Source: Okamejei kenojei (Eukaryota). Taken from it: a stretch of 64,000 nt of DNA. Location of the stretch: assembly GCA_035221665.1 (NCBI GenBank), contig CM069152.1, positions 18,724,001-18,788,000 of the forward strand, written 5' to 3'. Shown here in pieces: positions 36,801 through 49,135 of the stretch. The notes beneath the pieces were generated by a model. It had not been told where the DNA came from. It made no database searches and was given only the letters and a program-made list of their open reading frames with translations. The position numbers and the translations under genes are program-made. Within the stretch, counting starts at the first letter, position 1. Each line of letters begins with the position of its first letter.

Positions 36801-36892
36801 CCTGAAGAAGGGTCTCGACCCGAAACGTCACCCATTCCTTCTCACCAGAGATGCTGCCTGTCCTGCTGAGTTACTCCAGCATTTTGTGTCTA
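36801..36892 (+). mobile_element. Penelope terminal repeat inserted in the Rex1 3' region
   Basis: Intact hammerhead core plus CCAGAGATGCTGCCTGTCC.GCTGAGTTACTCCAGCATTTTGTGTCTA. Confidence 0.85.
36802..36833 (+). ncRNA. Minimal type-I hammerhead ribozyme core (Penelope-type)
   Basis: CUGAAGA-A-[GGGU CUCG ACCC]-GAAA-CGUC/ACCC. Helix III is replaced by the ACGU palindrome; helix I pairing is weak. Confidence 0.65.
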
Positions 36893-36917
36893 CCTCCCAT
36901 CTACCTCATTGGAGACC

Positions 36918-37203
36918 TTTAGTTTAGAGATACAGCACAGAACCAGACCCTTCTATCCACTGAGTCTATACATCCATAATTAGCACTATCCTGCACACTA
37001 GGGACAATTTACAATTTATACAAAAGCCAATTACAAACCTGTCTGTCTTTGGAGTGTCGGGGGAATCTGGAGCACCCGGGGAAATCCTACGCAGTCACGG
37101 GGAGAATGTACAACCTCCATACAGACAGCACCCATAGTCAAGATTGAACCCGGGTCTCAGCCATTGTAAGGCACCAGGTCTCCCAACTACCCCACTGCGC
37201 CAC
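36918..37203 (-). mobile_element. V-SINE, near full length
   Basis: TTTAGTTTAGAGATACAGC tail, inverse V-domain, inverse B-box GATTGAACCCGGG and head CCACTGCGCCAC. Confidence 0.85.
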
Positions 37204-37806
37204 CCTCTGTCACCTTGAATTATCTTTAATCGGCATTTATTGGACATTATCTTGCAATACATATGATACCCTTTATCTTTTAACTGTACACTGTGGGACG
37301 GTTTGATTGTAATGATGTCTGGTCTTTTCTTTCACTGGGTAGCACAAGGCAAAAGCTTTTCATTGTACCTCTGTATATGTGACGATAATAAACGAAACTA
37401 AATTAAACTGATTTCTCCTCCATTGAGGATAATTGCCTCTGAACCTCGGTCTTTTAATTTGTGCTCCAAACAGGTAAGGCATCATAGCAGGACAAATATT
37501 CACATTAAGTCACGGTATCGATTTTAGTTCCTCTCTAATAATTGAAAGCACGAGAACTGCTGCTGCTCCAGGGAGGATTCAAAGCATTTTTTAAAAAAGG
37601 GCTTACTTTGGTAAAATCAGACGCATTTTAACTTCATGAGGCACGGGTGCTCTCAGGGAGTCACCAGTGCAATGATCCGGGGTCATAATATTGACCGCCA
37701 GCATATTAGTGAGCCTGTTGCATCGAGCCAGGGAAGGCATTCGACCTGGAAATCTGGGTCAGCCACCAGAGAGAGGGAAAACGTGGAACAACTCAGGTGC
37801 TGAGAT

Positions 37807-38019
37807 GCGTAGGAAGGAACTGCAGATACCGGTTTAAACCAAAGATAGACACAAAAAGCTGGAGTAACTTAACGAGACAGGCAGCATCCCTGGAGAGAAG
37901 GAATGGGTGATGTTTTGTGTCAAGACCCTTCTTCAGAATTGTCCCAAAACATCACCCATCTTCTCTCCAGAGATGCTGCCAGTCCCGCTGAGTTACTCCA
38001 GTGTTTTTGTGTCTATCTT
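37807..38019. mobile_element. Penelope-derived inverted dimer
   Basis: Inverted arms; TSD GGTGCTGAGA at 37796-37805 and 38021-38030. Confidence 0.85.
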
Positions 38020-38147
38020 GGGTGCTGAGAAGGTGCAAATTAAAACAATGGTTCAGCAATGACAGTTCCATTCTGCAATCATCCTGTGTTTCATTCATTC
38101 TGCTCTCTTTGTCTTTTAACCAAGCGCATGCTTGTTTACTTTAGATA

Positions 38148-38305
38148 AGTTCAGAGATACAGCCTGAAAACAGGCCCTTCGGCCCACTGAGTCCACGTCG
38201 TCCATCGACCACCCATACACTAGTTCCGTGTTATCCCTCTTTCCCATCCTGCACATGAAGGGGCAATTTACAGAAGCCAATTAACCTACAAGCCCGCACG
38301 TCTTT
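38148..38305 (-). mobile_element. V-SINE 3' part
   Basis: AGAGATACAGCCTGAAAACAGGCCCTTCGGCCCAC...GCCAATTAACCTACAA. Confidence 0.8.
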
Positions 38306-39314
38306 GTGTTTGAACCATTCAGTTTATTTTATCGTCACGTGCACCGAGATACTGTGAAAAGCTGTTGTTCTCTTTTAATTCCCTTAAATGGTGGTGTTTT
38401 TACTTGTTCCCCTCCTGCACAGAAAGAGTGTCTTCAGGCACTGTCACAGGGGGCAGTGGCACCTCCGTGAACTGAGGCCTGGACAGTGGCAGCCCATTGA
38501 CTGTGTGGGAGCACTGCCTACTGTCCTTCTCTGCTGCTCCTTACATCAGGATCCAAGTTCCTGGCTGACTATCATTTCCATTCCCCATGTCAAACACAGG
38601 CACCAAGCTCGATGGTGATGCTTATTCGCAATCACACCCACATTACCTGTCTCAGAACAGAACTCACAGCGCAGAGAAATCTCCCGGCCCAGCGGACACA
38701 CTCAGTTACCATTACCTCTGGCAAACAGATGATAGTACTTACATGTGTGTGTCTGCGAGCCCAGCAATTGCATCACTCAGAAGGTGGTGAGTCTCTGGAA
38801 TTTTCTGCCCCCAAGGATTATTAGATATATTTAATGTGGAAATTGATAAATATTTAATAGATTGAGGAATTGAGAATTATGGAGAACGGGCACAGAAGAA
38901 GAGTTGAAACTAGCATAGATTAGCCATGATAATATAGAATGGTGGGACAGGCATGGGGGGTCAAATGGCCTACTCTTCCCATTTTCCTGTGCGTGTGTGT
39001 GCCTATGTGTGTGGCCTGTGGGCGTGTTTATTAGTGTGTGTGTGTGCGCATGCCTGTATGTTTGTGTGCGTGTGTTAATGAGGCATAGATACAGGCCCTT
39101 CAACCCACCATGCCTCCGTGATGGTGTCAACTACAGGATCTTCACCTTCCTCCTGCAGCCGTTCAGAGACATCACTGACTCTGGCATCAGAGATGCAACA
39201 TAACATTTGAAAGCATGATTCTCAGCCACAGAAATACCTGTCGGCTTGTCTTGTACAAGACACTGGTGAGGCCACATTTGGAATATTGTGTTCAGTTTTG
39301 GTTGGCCTGTTGTA

Positions 39315-39645
39315 CAACACTCAATCCTCCAACATATCCGTCAACTCCAACGGGATCCCACCACTGGTCACATCTTCCCATCTCCACCCCTTTCTGTTTT
39401 CAGCAGAGACAGTTCCCTCCGCAACTCCCTGGTTCGCTCATACCTTCTCACCCAAACCATCCCTCCCCCATGAACTTCCCCCTTCAACTGCAGGAGATGC
39501 AACATCTGTCCTTATACCTCCTCCTTCGACTCCATCCAGGGACTCTGACAGTCCTTTCGTGTGAGGCAGAGGTTCATTTGCACCTCCTCCAACCACAACT
39601 TCTTGTACCTTTGATCTCGGCTACATATCGGCGAAACCAAGCGAA
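39315..39645 (+). mobile_element. Penelope-like ORF fragment (linker plus GIY-YIG start), Neptune-like
   Basis: ILQHIRQLQRDPTTGHIFPSPPLSVFSRDSSLRNSLVRS, Cys-rich linker NCRRCNICPYTSS, VRQRFICTSSN and HIGETKR across frames. Confidence 0.75.
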
Positions 39646-39726
39646 AAAAAAGTTTTCAGATTGCAAATGATGCAGATACTGCTGACTAGGAAGTGAGTTG
39701 TGAAAACACTGAATGTTCAAAGTGAA

Positions 39727-39820
39727 GACGAACACAGAAAGCTGGATTAACTCAGCGGGACAGGCAGCATCTCTGGAGAGAAGGAATGGGTGACGTTTCT
39801 GGTCGAGGCCCTTCTTCAGA
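39727..39820 (-). mobile_element. Penelope terminal repeat, single arm
   Basis: Matches the window-wide repeat. Confidence 0.8.
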
Positions 39821-40381
39821 CATGCTCCCCTCCCCTGGAAACAAAGGTGCTGTTTGTTACCTTACCGGATAACCTTGTGGAACTTGCGTCAGTCAATATC
39901 AGATAACAAGCGATGAATACCTTTGTAGCTAGTATTTCTTTTGTTGTTGAATGGAGATTTTAACCAATTCTTTTGAGGGATTAACACCGCTATGAAAGGA
40001 ATGTGTAAAATATTTTGAAATCACCACCTACATTCTGAGTGCATGTTGTGTTGAATATGACTAGCTAAAGATTGATACATGGTCTGCTTAGACAGTATTT
40101 ACAATACCCTATTTACCAGTAATACTGTGTACTCAACAATATGTTCACTAATCGGCTGTGAACCTTGAAAATACTTTTCCCAGATCACATTGTACAGGTT
40201 AAAATTGATAATTTTTTGATAATGATTTTGTTAACAGGAGCAAAGATATATCCTGGATGATAGACATTTGTAATCCATGTGATGAAACTGATTGTTGATA
40301 AGAATGGTCATTCCATCGTCTTCTGGCAAACTCTTGCAGTGGCACAGTCACTTCTTGTGAAACAAGCAATATCTTCTCTCG

Positions 40382-40465
40382 GCTGAACAAGGGTCTTGAC
40401 CCCAAACGTCACCCATTCCTTCTCTCCAGTGATGCTGCCTGTCCCGCATTTTGCGTCTATCTTCA
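40382..40465 (+). mobile_element. Penelope terminal repeat, single arm
   Basis: CTGAACAAGGGTCTTGACCCCAAACGTCACCC (mutated core). Confidence 0.8.
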
Positions 40466-40942
40466 AACAGACGCAAAATCGTCAGCTTACCTGACTGCAC
40501 ATCTGCTCAGAGGAGAGAACAATTATTCTTCTATACACCTCAAAGCAATTCCTTGAGAAAAGTATTTGACGTCTAACTTTACTGAGGTTGCAAAGCAAAC
40601 AGGATTTGACAAGCAAGTCTAGTTAGCAACTTGCTGCATCGATCCCATAAAAATATGCCACGCACTTTGCTTTGGGCAGCCAGATGTTGACATGAAACAA
40701 CAATGAAAATACATTTAGGTCAGAATTCCATGCTGACTAACTTGACGTAGCTGTCACTTGACAAATTCAACTCAATGGGCTAATATATAGCACAGAATAT
40801 TCTCAATTCCCTTTTAACAACCACCATAATTATTCAATATGCAGCTAGCTATTTTGCCAACAACAGGCTAAAATTAATGCAAAATAAGAGATTAAGGTGG
40901 AAGTAACATCATTTCTTAAATGCCTTGCAACCTTACTGATCA

Positions 40943-41137
40943 TAGACGCAAAGTGCTGGAGTAACTCAGCGGGACAGGCAGCTTCTCTGGAGAGAAGGAA
41001 TGGGTGACGTTTCGGGTCGAGACCCTTCTCGAATCGTCACCTATTCAATCTCTCCATAGTTACTGCCTGCCGTGCTGAGTTACTCCAGGATTTTGTGTCT
41101 ATCTTCGGCTTAAACCAGCATCTGCAGTTCCTTCCTC
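40943..41137. mobile_element. Penelope-derived inverted dimer
   Basis: Inverted arms; TSD CAACCTTACTGATCA (40928-40942) / CAATCTTGCTGATCA (41138-41152). Confidence 0.85.
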
Positions 41138-41289
41138 CAATCTTGCTGATCAGATCACTTTAAACTAGCTGATCAGTTTTGTCACCATTACATATATTGT
41201 ATACACACATAAACATATCACACTCCAGTTCTGTACCAAAGATGTTGCCTACGGGTTAGATGGCAAACCGCTGCCATGTATTACGTTTC

Positions 41290-41420
41290 AGGCACCCTTA
41301 AAGACCCTATTGAAGATGAGACGGAGTTTCCTGGCCAATGTTACCATTTAAAAAAAAAAAAATATGTCTGATTGCAGGTTGTGGAGCAAGTATGTGCAAA
41401 TTAGCTGCTGCATTTCTGGC
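41290..41420 (+). mobile_element. Ancient DeuSINE (SacSINE1-like) core remnant
   Basis: CTATTGAAGATGAG..GGAGTT.CCTGGCCAATGTT...TGTGCAAATTAGCTGCTGCATTTC resembles the Deu-domain as recalled. Confidence 0.45.
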
Positions 41421-41799
41421 CTGGAAATGCAATTGCACAGTGCATCTGCTTAACGCGCCATTTGATTAAAATGCAGCATATAATTGATGGCTACATGTGA
41501 TCATGATCTTTGCAGTGTTCTTAAGTAGCTTACATATGCACTACATACATGGACAACATACTTACAGTTCTCAGGGGTGAACTCAAACCGCATGCAGTGC
41601 CCGCTTTAAACCTCTCTTGTGCAATTGGTTTGCATGTACAGAATTAGCACTCGGTGTGAGAAAACGGGTCTAAACAGCAGGGATAAGTCCTCTTCCTGCA
41701 TTATTTAAAGCGATCAAGATTTCTTGTCTGTTTATTTCAGCTGAACTCGTTGGAATCAGACACAAACAAGTTTGGAGCGGCCCAAAATTACGCCCCCCC

Positions 41800-42007
41800 A
41801 CCTTCACCTGTATCCACCAGGCTTTATCTTACCCCTGATCTCTTCCAGCTTTCTTATCTCCCCCCCCCACCCCCACAATCAGTCTGAAGAAGACTCCCAA
41901 CCTGAACCACCATCCACCCATGTTCTCCAGAGATGTTGCCTGACCTGCTGAGCTACTTCAACCATTTGTGTCTTTTTTTTTTGTAAACCAACATCTGCAG
42001 TTCCTTG
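41800..42007 (+). mobile_element. Penelope-like 3' UTR and terminal repeat, older subfamily
   Basis: CAATCAGTCTGAAGAAG...CTCCAGAGATGTTGCCTGACCTGCTGAG...CATCTGCAGTTCC. Confidence 0.75.
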
Positions 42008-42659
42008 TCTCTTCTTTCATGTGGTTGGAACAAGAAATTATACAGGTTGATTATATTTAATAATAAGGTGAAATGCAGGCAGGCTGAAGACTTGTTTCAA
42101 TCCCTCCATGACATACAGATTCCATGCAGGGGATGCAATGAATGTAGCTCGTTGACTGAAGCTCACCATTTAAGCTGTTCAGTGAGACTTTGATCTCCAT
42201 TCAATAAATAGATACAAATTATCTATTTTTTTTAAATAAGATTCGATACAGTTCCACTGCAGCTACAAGCCTGGAAGGTTGATGGCCGGTTCTCTGAGCA
42301 AAGTTGCAGAGCTGCTTCCTCACCGGTGCCTCTGTGCCAAGGATGTTGTTGTGTGGCTCACAGAGCAACTTGAACCTGAAGGAGAAGGGACAAGAACACT
42401 TCAGTGCAGAAAGCTGAAAGTGCATGGAGAGATGGGCTCTGGCCAGTATCTCCCGCCCAGTGCATCTCCAACATAGAAGGATGGCCTGAGACGGGTTCAA
42501 CCTCTCGCTGTCCATCTGTCCATCCTGTCTGAATCACTGACTCCAGGCTCGTATGATGCTTCATATCATCTTATCTGGCAGCCTCCTCATCCTCCTGCAT
42601 CAATGATTGAGAGTCTGGAACATGTCTAACCATTCTGAGTATCACATAGTTGTACAATT

Positions 42660-44020
42660 AGTCACAATGGCATAGAAATGGCCATTTGGCGCATCATATT
42701 TATGCCAGCTCCTTATTTGGTCCCGTTCTCCACTCTACACCCATAGTCTCCACTTCTTGTAGATAGTGAGTTCCAGGTCACTATCATTCACCCTACAAGG
42801 AGGCTCTGTACATATCTATCTGTATCTCTTGCTCCGTCTTTCTACCATAAGTAATGAGATCGCCTTTTTCTTAGTGTACTTTATATAAACCTGCAAAAAT
42901 CTTGACAACCTCAATCAAATGTCCCCTCAACCACCTTTTCTCTTCTGGCTAAAATCCTTGGAATCCTTCTGGTAAATCTCATCTGCACTCTTTCAAGGAA
43001 CTCTCTCATCCTTCCCAAAGTTTGGTGCCCAGTCTGCAGGCAACATCCTTGCTCTCGCCTAATCTCAGTGTTATCAGTTTCAGCATAACTTTGCCACATT
43101 GTACTAAATATTTATATTTAAGTAGCCTTTACTAACTACTCACTCATTTGTTCTGCCACATTTGAAGATCAGCACACATAAACACGAGATCTCTATGTGG
43201 TATAATCGTTAAAATGTGATGTTAAATCTACACTGTCTCACCCCTTCTCTGTTCCATTAAAATGCATCACCTCACTCTTGTCTGTGTTGAACTTCATCTG
43301 CCCCGTATCTGCCCATTCAGCCAGCCTGCCCACGTCCTGGTGCCAGTCGCACTACTTGTCACAGCCCCAGGTTTGACATCACAGGCACATTTTTAAATTA
43401 TATTCTGTGTTCCAAGGTCCACTCAATTATATGCATGAAAAATACATTGATTCCCATGCCAATCCATTTGGAATACCATTATCCATCAACCCCCTGGTCT
43501 CAAAAACAACCATTCACTACAACTTACTATTTTCTATTCTAAAACCATTTATAATAAATATCCAAGTTAACACTGACTCTTTTATTCCATGAGCTTTTTT
43601 TTTGTTAACCAGCTTTCCATTTGGTATTTTGTCAAACACTTCCTTAAAATCCAACATCCTTACTGTAACTTTCTCTGCTATTTCATTTTAAAAAAACGTG
43701 GTTAGTCATATACTATCTGCCTATTGCAAATCCAGTCTGGTTCTCCTTACTTAACTCATACTCCATGATAATTTTCTCCCTGATTATTATTTGTTAAACC
43801 CTGTCCATCTCTAAAGTTAAACGAAAGTGTTCATGTTTACTAGGAATATCCACATACCACTAGAATGAACCATTGTTTTCCTCATTTGCCACTTTCCAAT
43901 ACTCAAACTATTGTAAAATTGTGGCAAAGCCCTTTTGTGATCTCCATGCCCACTTCCCCTCCCAACCTGGGATAGAAGCCATCTGGCTCAGGCAAGGTGT
44001 ATTTTCTAAGAATAACCAAC
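42660..44020 (-). mobile_element. Old CR1 LINE remnant
   Basis: Minus-strand LERVQMRFTRRIP and PEPDGFYPRL motifs, highly degenerate. Confidence 0.6.
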
Positions 44021-44337
44021 CTTTCCAACACATCTTGCCTATTAATTCTCACCTCATCCAACACCCACCCCCCTTCCAATATATATTTTGTCAACATCCT
44101 CTTCCTTAGAAAATTGTTATGCAAAGTGCTCGTTAATATTCTAGTGTTGGCCTGCATCTCAAGCTGAGCATCTTCAGCATCCCCTGCATCCTTGAGATAG
44201 TCTCAGTAATTGTGCCAGCATCTTCCATGTCTTTGCTCAGACTATACCGAGTCTTTATGCTATGTGCTTGCTTCCTCGTGTATTCCCTGTAGTTATCTTC
44301 AGTGTTCTGTGGGGGAGTGGGGGAAAGGATGGGGAGG

Positions 44338-44660
44338 TCTGGATGTTTCCACTAGTAGGACTAGAGTTCAAGACTGGAGGTCATTGCCTCAGAATTAAAG
44401 GACGTTCCTTTAGGAAGGAGATGAGGACAAATGTCTTTAGTTAGAGAATGGTGAATCTGTGGAATTATTTGCCGCAGAAGGCTTTGGTGGCCGTCAATGA
44501 ATATTTTTAAGGCAGTGATAGATAGATTCTTGATTAGTATGGGGAGATGGCAGAAGAATGGGGTTAGCAGGGAGGGATATATCAGCAATGGTGAATTGGA
44601 TTTGATGGGTCAAATGGTCTAATTCTGCTCCTATCACCTATGACCTTATGATCTTGTGAC
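44338..44660 (+). mobile_element. CR1 3' end
   Basis: GHCLRIKGRSFRKEMR...VNLWN.LPQ motif and a (TTATGAC)n-like tail. Confidence 0.85.
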
Positions 44661-44966
44661 CTCTCATGTGTGCTGGCAAAATCCAAAAATGACAAAAATA
44701 CTTCCTACACAATTTATACCCGATGCATCTCCTCATCCATAAGAAATCTACTCGCACATACTGTGACTCCTGCAAAATTGTTCCTCCATGACCACATTTA
44801 GAGGCGCCAGCTTATGGAGCCATCTCCTACTTGCCATTCTTCCTTTTCTCCAGAGCTGCTGCCTGGCCCAACTGAGTTACTCCAGCATTTTGTCCCTCTC
44901 CTTCTTACGATTATTGGATACTTCAGGCAGCTTTCACATGGGTGCCAACCAGTAACATTCCACATT

Positions 44967-45249
44967 GTGTAGGAAGGAACTCCAGATGCTGGTTTAAACG
45001 GAAGATAGACGCAAAATGTTGGAGTAACTCAGCGGGACAGACAGCATCTGTGGCGAGAAGGAATGGGTGATGTTTCAGGTCAAGACCCTTCTTCAGACTG
45101 AAGCAGGGTCCTGACCCAAAACGTCACCCATTCAACATAGAGAAATGCAAGATAATATATTGTGGTGGAAACAAAAAGGTCTTCAGACTGAAGAAGGGTC
45201 TCCAGAGATGCTGACTGTCCCGCTGAGTTACTCCAGCATTTTGTGTCTA
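44967..45249. mobile_element. Penelope-derived inverted unit with duplicated hammerhead segment
   Basis: Inverted arms with three CTGAAG cores; TSD TAACATTCCACATT at 44953-44966 and 45248-45261. Confidence 0.85.
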
Positions 45250-45384
45250 ACATTCCACATTATTTTACAGAGAGCTCACAAGTCTTACACAGATGGGACA
45301 AGAAGTTATTCAGGTGGTTGCCTCACCTCAGAAACTCCCGTATGGTTCATATGTCCGACTTGGCAACTTCTTCACTGCCATGCA

Positions 45385-46850
45385 TAGAATAACATACGTA
45401 GGATTTATGGCACAGATGTAGACCATTTGCCACTACAAGGCCATGCTACGCTTGAGTCCCCTCTCATCCGATCCTTTCTTGCTGTGTCCACTCCATTAAA
45501 CCTTTCAAAGGTCTTTGTTAGACCGCTCTTCAATCTTCTTTTCTTCCAGCCTGTTCATCATTGGCTTCTGTGCACATTTTCACATTTCTGGGACCTCCCT
45601 TGTAAATCCCTTGTGTTCTCTCTACACTGCCACTGTATTATTTTGGTGACCAAAACTGTAGAGTTCCCTAAATTGAGATTAATCAAGTTCCCATTCACAT
45701 TTGCCATATATTTCCTATTTTTCAATTCTATATCTCTTGAAATAAATCCTGGTTTGATCTAATCATGGACTTATACAACTACTAGTGATTGGTGTTTGGG
45801 TGCTCCGAGATTTCTTTCATCCCTTATCCTGGCTAGATCTTTATAAGTGACCTATTTTTTTCCACCAGAATATATTACTTTGCTCTATTATATTATATTT
45901 CTCTATGTTGAATTTCATTAGTCAATTATTACCCAATTCTGCAATTTTATTAATAACCTCCTGTCATTTGTTAAAGTCCACCACAGTGGAAGTATTCCCT
46001 TGCACCTCCCTACCAACTGCCACAGACAATGTGTTAGTGTCTGATAAGTTAGACATTTTTGATTCCAGACTGTATCATTAACAAGATTGGAGATAGACAC
46101 AAAATGCTGGATTAACTCAGAGGGACAGGCAGCATCTCTGGAGAGAAGGAATGGGTGACGTTTTGGGTCGAGACCCAGAGATGCTGCCTGACCCATTGAG
46201 TTACTCCAGATTTTTGTGTCTATTTTCGGTTTAAACCTGCATCTGCAGTTCCTTCCTACACATTAATAAGATTGGTTCTGGCACTAATGGAATACCAATG
46301 CCCATCTCCTAACACTGTGCTTTATCCCCACTCTCTAATACCTGTGCTGAAGCCAGTTTAGAACACCTTCCACTGCTTGTCCCCTGACTCCATATCCCTT
46401 GACTTTATTCATGAATCTATTGTGGGGCACCTTATCAAAAGCCTTTTGGAAATCCAGATAAATTATATCTACCACATTAGTATTGTCTATTTTCTTTGTC
46501 ACATTCTCAAGTAATCAACGTTGGTCAAACAAGGTTTTGCTTTTTGAAATCCAAGCTGACAATTCCTTTCATTTCAAGATGTTATATTCTCTCCTTTAGC
46601 AGGGATTCTATTATTTCTCCTACTACTGTTAATCTGGTCTATAATCCCTTGGACATGTACTATCACCCTGCTTGAGTTTCAGTATTACATTAGCTTTCTG
46701 CCTTTCTGCAAGACAGGACACCCTTATTCTTAACAGGTTATTATACATGGGCAATAATTTCCCTTTCTCTTCCTTAGATTTAAAAAATAATAATGCCTGG
46801 ATGTAATCCACCAGACCATGGGGTTTCATTCTCTTTGAGTTTGATTTGTT
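45385..46850 (-). mobile_element. Old CR1 LINE remnant
   Basis: Minus-strand YLDFQKAFDKVPH (inverse GTGGGGCACCTTATCAAAAGCCTTTTGGAAATCCAGATA, ~46422-46460) and G....P.DYRP motifs. Confidence 0.7.
46091..46261. mobile_element. Penelope-derived inverted dimer inside CR1
   Basis: TSD CATTAACAAGATTGG (46076-46090) / CATTAATAAGATTGG (46261-46275). Confidence 0.85.
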
Positions 46851-47399
46851 TATTTAATATGCCCCATTTTTCTGTTTGAAATGCACATCTCATTGGTCAT
46901 GTACACCGGTTCTATCTCCCCTGGTAATTATCAAAGCAAATGACAATAATGATTTAGTATTTCTGCTGTAAACCTATTGTTCCTCTTTCTATCACTTGAT
47001 GGTCCTATTCCCAACCCAAGCTTGCTTTCTTTTCCGATGTGTCTAAAATAATGATCTTTTTTCACTGTTCATTTCTAATTTAATTTCATAATTTATCCTT
47101 GTTTTTATTTACTTCTATGTTAATACCTTCTTGGTTGTTTAAAATTTCTTCTGCTGTCATATTTTTGATTGCAACCTCTTTTCTTCAGTCAGACCCAAAT
47201 GACTTTATTTATCTGCAGTGTGTTTGGTTTGTATCTTGTGTGTTTAGTTTGTTCTTATGACAATATATATATTTCATGCGCTCTGTTCATTACCATTCTA
47301 AGAGTTTCTCATTGATGTTCCACAATGCCCTTTGTCAATTTTGCTACCCATTTCATCTTCCCAACATCTAGTCTCAAGCTCCTCAAAATTAACTTTTCT

Positions 47400-47796
47400 C
47401 TTGGGCAGCTTGCACCCCAATGGTATGCATATTGAATTCTCCAACTTCAAGTAACCCTTGCTTTCTCCCTCTATCTCCATCCCTCCCCCTTCCCAGTGCT
47501 CCGACCAGTCTAACTGTCCCCTTGATTACATTTTACCTCTATTTGCTTTGTTGTCACCTTCTCCTAGCTAACAATGATCGATTCTGCATTTTTCTTGAGC
47601 CTCATCTCTTTTGATGTCTCGTTTTCACACCATACCCGTCCTCATCTCTGTGTCTCCCTCTCCCCTGACTGTCAATCTGAAGAAGGGTCTTGACCAGAAA
47701 CGCCACTCATCCCTTCTATCCAGAGATGCTGCCTGTCCTGTTGAGTTACTCCAGCATTTTGTATCTAACTACCATCATCTGTAGTTCCTTCCTACA
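47400..47796 (+). mobile_element. Penelope-like 3' end
   Basis: LGSLHPNGMHIEFSNFK* (GIY-YIG C-terminus), CT-rich UTR, then the hammerhead repeat from ~47677. Links the short repeat to a PLE ORF. Confidence 0.85.
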
Positions 47797-48549
47797 AGTT
47801 TTCTTTTAATTGATTGACCTGACTTTCATCATTTTTACTATTCTCCATTTGGATCATTTTTTTGATTATGATCTGTAGTGCCTGGCTGTTCATTTACTTT
47901 TACTTATCTGCTCAGGCCCCCCATTATTGGCACAGCAGTGAATGCTCCTTTGTGGAATATCTGCAGGATCTGGGTTATACACTAACACTGGTGATATAAT
48001 GGTCCATCATTGGCTCCATTTTAAACTTCACTGCTCACTCAGAGTCATTTGCTCCTTTCTGCTCATCAGAGCGTTATATTTTTCCTTGGTCTATTTATCC
48101 TAGTCCAGAAATGAATGGGGCCTTTATCCTACTGAGACCATCTCCAGTCTGTGTTGAACTTCATCTGGTATTGTGTTTGATTCCAAATGGCAATTTTCTT
48201 CAATTGTAAAGATATGTGGTGGGAGATGCAAGGCTTGGGAGAGAGAATGGATTACAGGGAAATAAGTGAGGGAAATGCAACTGAAGGGATTGCTTGAAGA
48301 GATGAGGTAGACTCAATGGGATAAGTGGCCCCCATCTGTGCCATTGGAAAGTACAAGAAATGTGAGAATTGAGGGTCAAAAATGAGCTCTCCTCATTTTC
48401 CAAGTGCATGGGACAATTGCTAAAGCTTTGTCCTGAGCTTAGGGGGGGAGGCATCATTATGTATCACTTGGAGAGACAGAGACAGGGACAGCTATAACCT
48501 GGTCCCTTCATTGTGGGCACATTGCATCGTCTCCAGTCCCAGCACTGTC

Positions 48550-49135
48550 ATGTTACATCTGTACAGGACCTTGATGAAACACATGTAGTTGTGTGTACGT
48601 AAATTTGGTCTCTTTATCTAAGGAATATTGAAGCCATGAAGAGTGTGTAATGTAGGCTTACTAGACTGATACTGAGGATGGTAGGACTAATGTGCGAAGA
48701 GGGATTGGATAGGTTGGTCTTATATTCACAAGCTATAGGAGTAGAATTAGGCCATTCATCCCATCGAGTCTACTGCGCCATTCAATCATGGCTGATCTCT
48801 GCCTCCTAATCCTATTTTCTTGCCTCCTCCCCATAACCCTTGACACCCATTCTAATCAAGAATTTGTCTATCTCTGCTTTAAAAATATCCACTGACTTGG
48901 CCTCCACCGCCCTCTGTGGCAATGAGTTCCACAGATGAACTACTCTCTGATTAAAGAAGTTCCTCCTCACCTGCTTTCCAAAAGAGCGCCCTTTACTTCT
49001 GAGGCTATGGGCTCTGGTCCTAGACTCTCCAACCAGTGGAACCATCCTTTCCACATCCACTCTATCTGTGCCTTGAAAATATCCATTGACTTGGCCTCCA
49101 CAGCCTTCTGTGGCAAAGAATTCCACAGATTCACC
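48550..49135. mobile_element. Two CR1 fragments tail-to-tail
   Basis: Plus-strand older fragment 48550-48730; minus-strand 3' end 48735-49135 (RTRAHSLRSKGRSFGKQVRRNFFNQRVVHLWNSLPQ) with an internal duplication. Confidence 0.8.

Larger units (their letters stand above)
35035..37410 (+). mobile_element. Rex1/Babar LINE remnant hosting nested insertions
   Basis: GPDGVPG...[65 protein letters not shown]; many stops and frameshifts. Confidence 0.85.

Noticed and set aside
14901-46261. Recurring palindromic repeats as CRISPR arrays, pre-miRNAs or MITEs
   Set aside because: They are dispersed with no spacers, have asymmetric arms and variable-length TSDs, and are joined to PLE ORF ends, which indicates retroelement origin.
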